From: Tubulanus polymorphus
Lineage: Eukaryota > Animalia > Nemertea
Reading direction: 5' to 3'
Length of the DNA: 64,000 nt
NCBI RefSeq assembly: GCF_964204645.1
Contig: NC_134025.1
Location: forward strand, 9,982,001 to 10,046,000
Positions 38,001 to 51,716 of the stretch are shown piece by piece; within the stretch, counting starts at the first letter, position 1; each line of letters starts with the position of its first letter. A program made the translations under genes and the position numbers. The notes beneath the pieces were generated by a model that did no database searches, had not been told where the DNA came from, and saw nothing but the letters and a program-made list of their open reading frames with translations.

Positions 38001-41000
38001 AACAACTGCCGAAATGACACAAAGGTTCGCGGCGGATACATTTTCGTTACTATCGCTGTTTTTTTTAAAAAGGGAAAAAACCGCACCACCGGTCGCGGGC
38101 TATTGATAACGCGGCTGGGTATGGCTTCAACGGTGGCGGTGGTTGCAAGACGAGCTAGCGAGCGCTAATGAGAAAATGATCACCTATCACTCAAACATCG
38201 ATAACAATATGCTCCGGTCGCCGCCGCCGTTGTCAGTTGCTTCTGATTTCCTATTCTCCCGTGAAAACGAAATGCAGATGCCGTAAACACGACTTTGTCC
38301 GCATTTCTAGGGTTATAAATGCATTAATAGGAAATCAACAGTTAGACGTTTTATACGCGGCACATGACGGAGTAAATAGATGGCGGCGCGTTGGACGCGC
38401 CTTTATTTGCGCGCTCCTGCGATATTTTGCGTTTTGTGTGCGTCAGATCATTTCTGGCAGTTCGAGTTCCATTTCACTGACCACGATTATTATTTTTGCC
38501 TTTGATGGATTAGCGACATTGCCCTGCCTTGACATGTAACATACAAAGTTGAGGCTTCGGGCACTGCATATAATACAAGCAAGGAAGCCATTGGCCATTA
38601 CAAACTTTCAATTGTAATCGTTGAACAAAAGTAAGGCGATATCATATGAAATTAAGAATCAATTATCATAGACATGACATTAAATGTCTTAATCATAAGC
38701 GTGAAAAGATTGATTTCATTGAAATATTTTTCATCATTACCCTGTTGTCAGGCGGCCACTGGAAAACCGAAATTCAACTTCCTTGTGAATCATTCTCGAT
38801 TTAAATCAACTGAGAAATTGCTCAATCCCTCATGACAACTGTCCTTTCTTTTAAGGGCGTGTCGGTACCAGCATATTCCCTCGATTCCGAATGGCCAAAC
38901 ATTTGTCGACGCAGGATTTCGAGATATCAATCATACTTAGAACGCTTACGGATCAAACGCGCAGCAATTTCGAATCGCGAAAATTTAGGGCCTAATTTAA
39001 TCGCGACGTTTTCCGCGGGGATATTTACAAACCTCTCCCTCAAATGCGAATTTGTGAAATGAATCGCGCCCTTTCGAAGCGAACGATCCGTTATTTCGAG
39101 ATTTTTTTCGACTTTCAAGACAACTAGATGATGAAAAGTCAACTTCGAGATCGCGCTTGATAAAACGCTACACAATAATTGTACGGCATTAAATGACAGC
39201 CCTATATTTACAGAGGCATTGGCTATTGCACAGAATTTGGAAAATCCAACAAACATTAATTTTCTCCATCAACAATGGTCGGCGTTCCTCTGATCAAACA
39301 GAAATTCAATCAAATTTTTAAAGCCAGTGTATAATATGTGTCAACAGTTACAAAACAGCCGATACCAATCGCCACCACCAACAACTAGTTTTTCAATTCT
39401 AGCAGTAGAATATGTTCTTCCCTTTGATTCCACTCTTTCAGTTTGTCATACACCGACCCGAGGGGCAAACGCGTTTTGCCTCAAAAGCGATGGCAACACG
39501 CATTGCCGACAAGGTCATATTTTGTTTCGCATATATGGGAGTCTGAACGGGTGAACAAAAATAGGAACAGGCCTCGGAATCCCCGGCGAGAATCTTTATC
39601 GGGAAAAACCTCTTAAAAGTGTGACAAATCGGTTAATCCTTTCAAAGGCGAAGACCGCTATGCGAAAGATATGAAAGAACGCCGGTTGCGTCTATGATTA
39701 GGAGTAATGAAATGTGTTGTCAGGAGCCAGTAGGGACTCCGCCGAACAAGACTCATTGAAGGACGGGCAAACAATGAATGATCATTTGCTGCGATCAATA
39801 CACCGACAAGCTATCACCATCACCATCATCATCTTCATCATCATCATTGGTGAGAAAAAGTGAAGATCGTTTGCACAACGAAGGTGCATTACTCACCTCG
39901 GTCCCCCCTGAAACAGGCATTGAAGGGCATTTCATAACTCGAAGTGTGTCAAGAGGGTTCGGAACACTGGCCACCGCCCGATGAAAGAACGGATAAATAC
40001 CCTACCCATATTTGTCACCTGGTTATAGGGCCCAATACCCTGCGGGATTAACACGGATTAAACTAGTATGAATTCAGTCGCTCGCATTTCGACAATCGGC
40101 GAAATTTGTATGAATGTTTTATATCTCCATTGAGGACCCGTACGATTCTTTTATACAGCGGCCCCGTAAATATAACTGATTTCGAACGAAGTACTTCACT
40201 CTCCCCTTTTATAAATACGAAATATCCAAATTCTACAAAATTTTTTAATTATGGGACTCAATAATGTGTACAACGCGCACAATGGACTGTTGTTATGAAT
40301 CCTCCGGCCTTCTTTTCAATGTGTTTATGACATTCGTAACAGATTTACGGGACTTCCATTTAACGGAGAAATGAGCCAACATTTCCGATAGCATCCCGAG
40401 GCAAACCACGGACTCCGAAACAAATTCGTAAATGTTTCACAGTCCATGACTCATCATACTTTATTTTTATCTGAACACAAACAATGTTATCGTATTGATG
40501 TAAATCGGGGGAAAAAAATCAAAAATTCAAAAATCTAAAGAACGATCGAATTCACAAATATGCTTACTACGACGACTGTATTTAGAGTGTACAAATAACA
40601 GGGTTACGTTTATTCTAGATTATTTCTCGGCTCTCGTTATGTCGGAGGAAGTCTGTTCACATTTCAACGCGGAAATGCAGAAAACTTTCATCGAAGGTTT
40701 AAAACCCTGAAACCACGTCAAAACATAACCAGAGAACACCCATAATCGAACTACGCACTCAAAGACGAAAGAATCCGCGAACGAACGCAGGATTTTCTAT
40801 TCTTTTTCTTACAACTAGACATAGAACCACCGATTTTAGCTCTATGAACTAGACAACTAAAATCGAAAACAGATGGTTTTAAATAGTTTTTCCGCATTCG
40901 AATTATTGCAATACTATAATAATCTAAGAAAAGTCTTTAAGAAGTCAAAGCCGTGACCGTTATGGACATATGTATCTTGTATTAGCAGGGTTCATATATA

Positions 41001-43686
41001 GTCATTTATCATTAGACCGTGTATACAGGACCGACCTGGAGAGTGCTTTAAATGAAAATGCTCATTTATGATAACTTGTGTATTATACGTCCCAGGACTC
41101 GCTATTCAAAACGGACAGGGATTATGCGAGTCAATCTACGCGGACAGAGGAATCTATTAAAATAAAGAAAGTCCGAGCGAGAATGTGTTCACCAGTGGAA
41201 CTAACTAAAATTCTAGCCGAACAATTCACCGGCCGAACAAAACAAGCTGTCACGCTCGCCGAATGAAAAATTGGAAAGTTATAACATCAAAGTGAATGCG
41301 AAGTCATTGAAGTCCGAGCAATTGATAGCGTCAATATTAACTATTGTCGAATTATTTCAAAATGTCCTCGCAACAATGTCTCATGTTTGAGATGATGACC
41401 ACTTATAACGGACTTGTTGCCTCAAAGCCGAGCGGCTTAGATAAACAAGCCTCGGCACGGAATTGTTTTTCGTAAGCCGGCCGCGAAATAAAATATCTCC
41501 GGCGACCTCGATTAGAACACGGCTGTGCGCGCCGACAAGCAATTATTGCCCTCACGCATCAATTGCACGTCGCAACATCGTCAACAATATTGCCGGGTCT
41601 CCCGTTCATCAAGAGCTCGGCGAGATCGAATAGATAAACTAGATCGAGAAAACTTTCTTCTGGCCAAATGCATTTTAACAATCGACACGACAATAGATAC
41701 TTCACAAAAGAAATGGCAAAACTAAAAGTGACCAAGATGATGTTATATATCTACATATATCGGCAATGATTTTTACATCTATATACTTTTATTCAACAAG
41801 GTGGCCGCTTCCACCTATCTACAAATCCCATTTAGCTTTCCATGATTTTTCCATGTGATTATATAAAATTCCCTGAGTGAATCGAGAGAAATTTCTAGGT
41901 TTAAAACATTAGAATCTATTCATTTTTCATGTATCGCGAATTGGTAAGGAAACGCGTTATAAATAGCAAATCCAAATTCCCCGAGTTTTCCAGGTTTTGT
42001 CAAATTCCCAGACTTTTTTTGAGTTTTAAAGGTTAGCGTGGCCACCCTGCGCAAAACTTAGTCAAAATTTAAGAAATTAGATCGTGAACAAATCGTTACT
42101 TACGTTACTGAGAGTCGACGACGGTTTCAGAACGAGATTTCGCGGTAATGTCATTTCAGCCCGGTTCGGCGCCACCTCCGGGCACGCCTTGTCCGGCACG
42201 ATGTACGTGCATATCTTCTGAAATTCGCTTTCTTTCGTATTGCTTATGTCCAGGCCATCTTCCATGCTGTCTGTAAGATATTCGAAGAAATAGATTTCCT
42301 TAAAAAATTTATTTAAAACCCACTGTATACAGATAATACGTTTAAAATGAAATATATCGGATCAAGAATTAAAAAAACAAGACACGCCGTCTGAGACTCT
42401 CTCTAGAGACCATCGTCAGGTTAATTTGTATATATACAGTAGACTCTGCTTGGGTTGGATACGATCAACTCGGATAACTGTTCAACTCAGATGTTTGTTA
42501 TGGCTGTGACGCTATTCAAGAGATACATAATATCCAACTCAGATATCACTCAAGTCCGACATATTTTCATGGTCCGAAGAGGTCCGACTTGGGCAGAGTC
42601 TAGTGTAGCAGGTTTTCAACTTAAAACATTATCTCCTCATTATAGAGTGGCTTTTCTACTACTTTGAACGGGATATTCGAACATTGCAAAAATCATTCGT
42701 AGCCAGATTTGTGTTTCATTATCGATATAACTATAAGTTACACGATATATACACATATGCTTTGAAAGGAACTTTTGTCACGCGGGTTAGATCTTCAAAA
42801 CGTACCCGCGGGCAATTTTTGCCGGGAGAATTGTTAATCAATTTCATTCCCATTGGCAGAGACTTTCACTAGTCTTTGCAACAGTACAGTAGAAGTTTTA
42901 TAATCAACAACCTAGAAAGAAACTAGATCTCCTCGATTATTCACTCCAGAGGTAAAGAAAATTTCTGCACTTGCTTCGGAATTCAAAAAACGTATGTATA
43001 AGGTTTCACCTGTGCGACCATTACACACGTTTAATGGGTGTCAATTTCGAAAAATAGCCAGTCGGAGAAAACAAGTGGATCGGAACTGTCATAAAAGTCG
43101 TCTTGTCAACTTTTGCTGAACTTCATTACACGGTCTTGCCAGCGTATTAAATAAATTATTAAATCAAATGTTGTTTTTCGTCGGCGCGCACAAGAGGTGT
43201 ACGTTACGGTCAGCGCGGAATGGAAATAAACAATCAAGGGTCGAAACGGGGAAAAGTGATCAAAGATTATTGGAACAGAAGTGAAAAAACAACCGACCAC
43301 TACTTTCAATGCTCAAAAGAAACCCGACTAAGAAAAGTAATCAAAGGTGATAAAAATTCAACCTTTTCACTACTATAAGGACTGTCATAGTTAATCAAAA
43401 TCTACATAAAAAATGCTATTCCATTTGAGAGAGAATCACTAACAAAATTGTTAATTCATATTTGAAATAATCAAATTTCACCATAAAAAAAATTAACGAT
43501 TTCAACAATTTCAAAAAGTTACGAAAATGTGCGTCAAATATCGACGACTAATCGAAATATCCATAATTCTAACTAATATTCCATAATAATACGGATTATT
43601 TTTGAGAAATAATTTTCGAATTCGGTAAAAATCGAGCGCTTACCTGCGTGAGAAGGCAGTAAACTCGCATCTGAGTGAACAGTCAT
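26081..43686 (-). CDS. PRDM1: PR/SET domain zinc-finger protein 1 (Blimp-1), about 816 aa; exons 43686-43644, 42270-42104, 30601-30482, 28617-28365, 27948-26081
   Basis: The PR domain is split over exons: [12 protein letters not shown]...[12 protein letters not shown] | [21 protein letters not shown]...NKKYFWR | [29 protein letters not shown]...QNLIACQ...IYFYTIKPI...[17 protein letters not shown]. The last exon has a Pro/Ser-rich region, [13 protein letters not shown] and five C2H2 fingers starting [22 protein letters not shown]. Junction phases 1,0,0,1 are consistent (2451 nt). The first short exon is the least certain; ATG 42265 is an alternative start. Confidence 0.95.
28033..28309. mobile_element. 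hAT-like MITE (family B) in PRDM1 last intron
   Basis: TIRs CAGTGTGGCCACT...AGTGGCCACTCTG. The internal ttccatgatttttccatgtgatta/aattccc/ttttccagg sequence is shared with 41797-42049. No clear 8-bp TSD. Confidence 0.6.
35307..35594. mobile_element. Tc1/mariner (pogo-like) MITE
   Basis: TA-CAGTAAACGTCGCCTAACTCGGAC...GTCCGAGTTAAACGAGGTTTACTG inverted termini. Confidence 0.7.
36829..37703. repeat. Minisatellite, about 23 copies of a 38-bp unit TTCTATAGCATTTTGAATTAAGTTTACCAGTCCTAGAG, in PRDM1 intron 2
   Basis: Period of 38 verified unit by unit (AAG anchors at 37113, 37151, 37189...). No spacers. Confidence 0.97.
41797..42049. mobile_element. hAT-like MITE (family B) second copy
   Basis: caaggtggccgct...gcgtggccaccctg termini; internal sequence homologous to 28033-28309. 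Confidence 0.6.
42437..42605. mobile_element. Tc1/mariner (pogo-like) MITE
   Basis: TA-CAGTAGACTCTGCTTGGGTTGGA...TCCGACTTGGGCAGAGTCTAGTG-TA. Confidence 0.7.
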
Positions 43687-44050
43687 CGGAGAGGATGTGT
43701 TGTAATATGATGCGCCTCTAATAACGACTAACTATTAAACTACCGCGTACGCGCGGCGCGGTCGACTGTGCCCGCTTGACATGCGATGATTTAATATTCG
43801 CTCGACGCAACAGCCAATCAGATGAGCGCGTCGCGATCGCATGTGCGATTACGACTCGTCGACGTCATCGACTCTCCGAGACTCGATCGCGCGGCGGTGA
43901 ACTCGGCGCGGCCGACGAACTTAACTAAAGCCGCGGCGGCGATTAGAGCCTTTTTAAAAGTCTTCGTTCACAATGCGGATCAACGTCGACGGCTCGTCCT
44001 AACCGTGCGTGCATGCGCAATCGACAAGATACCGCGTCGAAATGATAACG
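43687..44050 (-). promoter_or_regulatory. Putative PRDM1 promoter / CpG-dense region
   Basis: Very CpG-dense sequence directly upstream of the first coding exon. AGCCAATCAG (CCAAT box) at about 43812-43821 and GACGTCA (CRE-like) at 43861-43867. Confidence 0.55.
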
Positions 44051-47000
44051 CGTTCATTGTCAACGTAGTAGCACTATTATCACACGGCCAACCTCATTAT
44101 ACAGAACAGGGACGACGCGAATGGACCAATGAGATTATCTCGTTCGGAGCGGTTTATTTCTCGTTATTGATTTATAGTGTTTGATGGGCTGTGAAAAATA
44201 ACCCTACAGGAAAACGCTCGAACAATAAACCCCCGACAAAAGATACCCGTTCGCCGCTGTCATAGACAAGTAACTACTGGTCATAGGCTGCTCATTTTCC
44301 TTTTCCATCCGAGAAAAATAAAAAAACATCTTGCTTTTTTTTACTAAGGCGCGAAGATTAAAAGGCAAATTCGACGCGTTATCGGAGTTATGATCAGCAA
44401 TCGGACCCCCGCAAAATAGCGGAAGTTCCGATGCAACTGATTGTCATTTCAATGCGGTGGTAGCCGGGAGAGAAAGCTGTATAACCATGTAACAGTTGTC
44501 ACCGAAACAGTCGCCAAACGCGACGATATTTGATAATCGAACAGACTTCGCCCCCAAAAGCGATCTTAACGCTCGTTGCGTTCGCGCCTCGACGTTAAAA
44601 TCACTGTCATTTTCGCCGATGCGAGGTTTCCGATTACAACCGCAAACAATATTTCTCGACGGTTTACCCTCCCTAATACCGCTCAAAGCGTGTATACGCG
44701 TCGTCGGACGCACGGGAAATATTTGCCATACAAAATTGCCTTTATGCTTAAAAGTGAAGGAAAAACATTTACTTTCCTCGAGTCGCTTTTTTTTCAAATA
44801 AGAAACACAATAGACGTCGAATACCTACGATCATCGCGGTAGAGCAGCGCGTCCCGTCCGCGCCATAGAAAAGATACTCGGAAAGCTTAAGTCCAGGATT
44901 AGAAATTGTAACAATATTTGACGAGTTTTTGTAGCGAGCGCCGTTCTTTTGCGGCCGGAATGCAATTCTTAACGCGCATAATGGACGCGAAAAACTATTG
45001 CGTTTCTCGCCCGTTGCTGTTCGAAAAAAAAAATTAAACAAAAAAATGCCAAACCCGTTCGCAAAAAACCAAATGGTAGTAACTACGCCGATATTGTAAT
45101 ATACATAACCGCAGATAATCGAAACTTTTCAACAGCCTAATCCCTATTATAATGTGCACTGAATGGCCTAATACCGCTTACTTTCTATCGTGAATGAAAA
45201 CTTTTCAATATTTCACTTTTACAATGAAATTCACAATCAGTTGGGGGTGCGCGCGTTTTCGCGTTTTTTTTTTTGTATAACTCGAATTTAGAAATCGCGT
45301 AATTAAATCCGAAAAAAACGCGCTGAATCGCGGTCGTCAATTAGAGCTCGACCACGTGCTGGGCTAATCAGCGGAAAAAAGTCGAAAAGAATGGAACTGA
45401 TCTCGAAGAACTGATTTCAATTATCAATCGAACCGATGATAAAAACCTAATTAGACGTTACAAAGAATTGCGATCACAATCGAATCTACTCAATGTGAGA
45501 TATGTGTTTACAAAAACCGGTTATACATGATACTACAATATACAAGTAAATGAACTAAATTGTTATTTATAAGGAGAATAATTAGGTAACTACGTATTAG
45601 GTATAGGTATAAGGTACTGTAATAAACAAATTCGGACAACAGACAATCTATAATTCAACGGACCTGGCTTCATAGACGAGTTTTATCTATAATAACCTAT
45701 AGCACTAACTAAATTGACAATGAATTTACTTATCAGTAACCTCCGGGTTAAAAACTAGGCTAAAACATCCCGACCATTCAAGGTTGTGAGTGGACTTTCC
45801 CGCGGCTTCACTACGTGTCCATTGTTAGTGTTATCGAAGAATAAAGAATATTTTCTATGGTCGATTATTCTTCGACATCCTTGGCCGGCGAGATATATCG
45901 TATTTCTCTCGAATTCGCAATTCCGATGAAATGCTGTCAAAAAGTCTAAAAAATCACGGCGACGTCCGGCGAGACGAGAAACAGTTACAAAACGCCTTCG
46001 AGGCGCGATTTTAATTTGAACAGAAGTTTTAATAACGACTTCATCGGGTTTTCTGCCGCGCGCGATCTTTTTTTAATTTACGAGTGAAATAGACCTTAGG
46101 TTGTGTGAACAAGTGACGACAATACCATCAAAAACCGCGCGATCCTGTTCCGATCCCCGGCAGTCACCTTTAAAGTCTGCAAAATTTAATGAAGTGCTTT
46201 TCCTGGCCATAAGAATTTCACGGCGACAGCTCGGCTTTGAAGAGTAGCTACTTTTATGTGCGGCTTGAAAGCGCGTTAAACACGTCGATGTCGCTTTACA
46301 GGTGTAAAAAAAATGAATGATTTCAACGGAATAATTAAACGCGAAAATTCGTCTTTTGTCCCCGAACGAACGTATTCATTAGGTTTTTTTTTCAAGTTGA
46401 TTATACGCTGATGGAAAAGTCTCGAATCAGTCAGTCGTCGCGAGAGGGAAAGAGGAAGAGTCACAGACACAGAGAGCAGGACTGCCAACCTCTGAAAAGT
46501 GTTATCAGTAACAAATCAGTCGTGAATTGTTTTTTAGTGACATTTCATTGAAATCTGAAAGAAAACGTTCAATTAATCAGGACCAGTAATCAACAGTACA
46601 GTAATCAACAGTAAGACCCTCGGTAACATCTTTCATATTTCTGTTCAAATTAATCAGTAATCAACGGTAAGACTCTGAGTAACACCTTTCATATCTCTGG
46701 TACGCATCAAACAAATCAAATTAGAATTTCTCGATACAAAATATCAAAATATAAAACAGCAGCTCTGAGAGAGATAGCAAGAGACAAGGAACAGGCAATA
46801 GAGTCAGCAATAGAGTCATGTCCTGACGTTGTGAAAGTTTACTACTTTTGGCCTCGCTTGGAAATTGCACAAAAAGCAGTAGATTTTATGGGGTTTGTCC
46901 GGAATGTGCCCTTAGTTTTAAACATGGACCTTAAAAACGATTTAGAGTCCACGATTTAAGTTGTCCTACCTTCTAAACAGTTGACGCTGGATACAACCCT

Positions 47001-50000
47001 GAGGGAGATAGCGGGAGAGAGAGGGAGAGGTTTTCGAGGCACCTTATTGAATGCTCTTGATATATAGTGCGTTCCCACGCTGATTACCTTCGCATGCTGA
47101 TTAAATTCAGATTAACGCAAATCAAAGCCTTATTAAAAAGGATAACTAAACATTCATATTCTGATCCTACAGACGGATTTAGATAAATAAACACAAATAC
47201 CAGGGGTATTTAGACGTATAAACGTTTCCAAATCCCCTTATAACCAGAGGCTAAGCAAACTAAATGTCGTAATCCCTAAACATAAGTGGTGTATCATCCT
47301 TGTATTGAAAGCAAATCAAAGAATGATACCACAAACAATATTAGGAAATGCGTATAGATAGAAGAAAAACCATCTTGATCGTGAAACATAACTTCAGGTA
47401 TTCGAAATCCCGCGCTTTCGTGAAAAACTTTCTTCGAAAAATGCCTCATCGCACGAACAAAAAATCTCCATCTCCGTTAATGAAAACTTTCATAAGAAAC
47501 ATTAGATTGATAACGAAATGATGATTAATTATGAATCGGTGTAGGCTGTGACAGCCGGTTAACAAAGTTAACCGAGTTTAAGCCTTTCAATTTCACGAAT
47601 TCATAGTCGAAAAACGTATAATTTACGGTTTACTCGCGTTGATAGCAACTTTGTGACGTTCCGATTCAGGGTGTTGTCACCAAAAAAATGATGAACGAGC
47701 GCGCCAAAGAAAAGAAAACGCTCGAGTGGCCGAAAGATATACTCCGCGCCGCTATTATCAACCAAAATAGCGATGCAACGTAAGGCTGAAAAAATCGATA
47801 CCTTGTTTCTCCGTTTCTGCTAAGCTTAAAAGTTGACCCTTTACATTACTTTTCTAAAATCAAGATTGAGCTAACCACAACAGACCAGGCAGTTATAGAA
47901 AGGAACTTATTACAACGTTTTCATCGCAGTTTACAAAATGATCTGGCCGATCGGCAGAAACGAGGTATCGTTTCATCTTAGCCTGAACTATTGAAAAGAC
48001 GCCGGCAAAAAATGAAAATATACCAGCAGAGAAGGAAGTTTCCTATTATCCGTTATCGCGCCGGTTTTTGACAGCTTCGCGAAAATACGACGCGCGCATT
48101 TTTGAACGACGAATCGAGTGATATCATTTACATAACAGTGCGGCCACCTGTAATGAAATTCGTCATCGACGTTCGGGCACCATCAGAAAAACTTTCTCAT
48201 AACCATCCTCACAAATTGATCATCCCTGCACACGTGCCCGCTTCGGCGCAACTTGTACGGAATTTTTTTCTAAATAATGATTATCGTTTACCTGTATTTT
48301 CAGGGCCGCCGCGTGAAATAGCATCCGAGCAGAACATCGGCAGCGTCTTTGTCATCGTCGTCATCGGAAAGACGACTTTTACCGACGGGGTATTCTTTCG
48401 CTTAATAAGCAGGTGCGCTCTCTTCAGCAACTATTACTAACCATAAGAGCAAGACTAACACCGACCCGAACGAAGTTTCATCTTATCAGCTTGGGCAAAC
48501 TTGAACTCTCTTTACTTACTTCGTCGTGCTTTGAGGATAGGCTGCGTGTCTATTGTTTCGGCCAGCGCGAGATACTGATAAAATCGCCCAGTTCGCCAGT
48601 TGTTAATGTCACTCTCCGAAAGCTCATATATTCGCCATCAATCAAAATTAAGTTAATATTATTCTTCTTCTCCACCTTCTCGGCGAGCGAGTGGGCCAGC
48701 GAGCGAGATCCGGGAGACAATTTATCGATAGCGGCAGTTATCGTCGCGATAAGTATAATTCGATCGGCTCTCTTGTCACGTTTCTTATTCTTCCTTTCAG
48801 CGAATTTGCGGTCTTCAATAAAACTGCGAGCGTTTTCTTCTTTTTTTAATATGTTCGAAACACCGGCGCCTTTTTACGTGTCTACATCGACGAATAACGA
48901 ATGACGGCTATCATTTTAACGATATTTTCAGTCCCCTAGTGAGAATAAAATCCAACTCTCCGTGTGTGTATTGCGCGCCGGTCTTAATCCAACGGACACT
49001 GTCCAATAAGTGACAATCAGAGACCAGCCCACTGGTACACCTTCCTATTCAAACGTTTCCGCCTTTGTGAACTCAGCGAATAAATTCAACCGCACAACCG
49101 AGGACTCTAAACACTGGCCTCGGGCATCGTGATCGAGACCAAAGATAACATTTACTAACGGTTTTCTGTTCTATCAGGTGTTGATCACGGAGGACAACGC
49201 TAATGACCGATAGCGCACAGGAAACTACTTGCAATTAATTCAGTCCTCGAGAATATCTTCAACGTGTTTCCTTTTTAATCGAAGTTCAAAGTTTAATTAT
49301 GTAAAAGTATTTGAAAATTTATGCGGGACCTGCCCTATATCGATTTTCAAACAAGCCACAATTGGAAATAATACATTCATTTTAACTATAAAGATTTTTA
49401 AAAATATGATCAATTTAGAAATTATGATGGGGAAAAAGATGCGAACTAGCAGTCGCCATCAATTGGTCTCAAATACAAATTGTTTAATGCTAATAACTTT
49501 GAGGATAACCACTGATAAAACACTATGTCCATGTGATGACGATAATACAAGGATAATCCCACAACAAAAAAATAGTCCTCAAGTCTTTTTCCTTGAGCTA
49601 GTCGTTTATCTTAATAGACATCTTCAAGAATACTGGAGATAACTTTCAAGATATGGTTGACACATTGAATCAGCAACAAGCTCAAAGAAACATTTTCATT
49701 ATTATTGAAGGATTATCTTTATAACTTTTGAGGAACTTCTTCAAATGAGGCTGAGGTGGGTTTATTGTACCCTGGAGTAATCATTTAATGATTATGCCAA
49801 GATTGTACTGAAGATTTCATCTATCACACTTTACATCCATTTAAAACTGGATTTACTTGGTTTTTCATGAATTCCCTACATTTCACTTGAAGATGCCTTT
49901 ATAACCAGACCTTTCCACTGGATGCGAGTTAACATAACACGTTGAAAAGTCTCATTAAACTTTAACTCACAAGAACAGACTTCAAATTATCGATAGTTAT

Positions 50001-51399
50001 AAATGGCAAATTTTAAAGGCACATCTTATGATTAGCTGAATAAATACGATACCACCCAGTAACCCGACAGATGTAGGTATGCCTCTAGATTTTATGCATA
50101 CAGTTTAAATTGGCTAAAATCAAGGAACATTTAATCTCAAAGTGGAGGTGGTCCGTATGAAAAGGAAGACGGATATCGTTGTAATTCGACTACCGAACAT
50201 AACACTTCTATGTCTTACAACTGCAGTCAAAAGTCTCCTGACGATTTTAACATCTACTTAAAATAATGTCCCCACATAACGTGCAAAATCGCATATAATC
50301 CTCCTGGAGAGCGGAGAAAACCCATTATAGGGGTTTTATCAGGTAACCGAATCTGTATCAATTTAACTTGAATTTCGAATGCTCCGATTACACTCAACGC
50401 CCATATTGAACTGAATAGAAGAGGGGTTTCTCCTCATTATCGTCGATATTTAACTAAACAGAATACACGCATCAGTGGATACAATCTTTTATATGATATA
50501 TATTAGATTTCAATTTTACGTTAATTGTAAATTGATGCCCGAGCGATCGAAACTGACCAAACCCATAGAAACAATTTCGTACATTTACACAAACGGTAAT
50601 GAGCGGTCAAGCCGGACATATAATAGAATTCGATACCAGAGTTTTAAAATTTCAATACAGCTACTGAATTTTATATGACATCCGCCTATTAGCAACAACG
50701 TTGACTTGAATTAAGATAACGATATTGAAAAGAAAAATCGAAACGATATACATTTCACGGACTGGTTGCCAGAAGAATCATAACGGAATATAAGCAAAAA
50801 ATACCACACTTAGTCAAACATATTCGAGCTATAAAACTCATCAAAACATTTAGACTAGTACCCATAAGCAATTTTATCATATACAGCACAAAGTAAGGCA
50901 TTGTCGGAGCAAGTGCTTTGGCATTTTTTTCTTAGCAAGTTGAATCACTGTTGATTATTGGAAATCTGTTCACTTACTCTCCATAATCTACCCGATTTTT
51001 GTAACAATGAATATGTAGCCCGAAGGCAAGCCGCCCTAAAGTTACTATTCTTCCACTGCCAGAGTTTACAAATGCCTTTTTAATGATTATGGGGAAAACG
51101 CTTGACTGACAAGGAAGGAGTTTGCGTTTGAATTGAGACGAGATCAGTTTGTTTAAAGTAACAATTTGCATACATTTTTCAACTAGTACATAATGATTAA
51201 TGATAAGGAATCTCAAGAGCCAGGTCTATTAGATAAATGCGTAAACATGGCTTCTTGTTATCATTTTAAAGTCATTTTAACTGTATACAACTCATTTCAT
51301 CCACCTATGAACTCCTCTGTCCGCCGAATTGACCACGATTTTTCAAAGAATCATAACAATATTTTCAGCTCCATTAACTCTCGCATTTGTCAAACAAGA

Positions 51400-51716
51400 G
51401 CCACGATCACACAAGCTTTTAAGCCTGTACTGAATTAGGCCCAGAATGCCAATGGAGGCCAAATGGGCCTACCAAAAAACGTTGCACCAGGCCCAAGCCA
51501 AATTTTAGCACGTGGGTCCAATTATTGCGTGTGAATTGTTACTGGTGCTAAACTGAATTGCTAAGTGACTCACTTGCCATTTTTCAAAGTATTGTTTAGT
51601 ATCAAGTGAGTGGTTTGCGTGTGAACGGGCTCTCTAATTAGGCACGGGCCAAATTTGACTGGGGCCTGTTCCGCGCCAATCTGGTCCAGGCCGAATCATC
51701 TCCGCGAGACCGCGGC
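51400..51716 (+). mobile_element. Harbinger-like MITE family A
   Basis: GCCACGATCACAC...GAGACCGCGGC termini; internal homology to 2571-2886. Confidence 0.75.
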
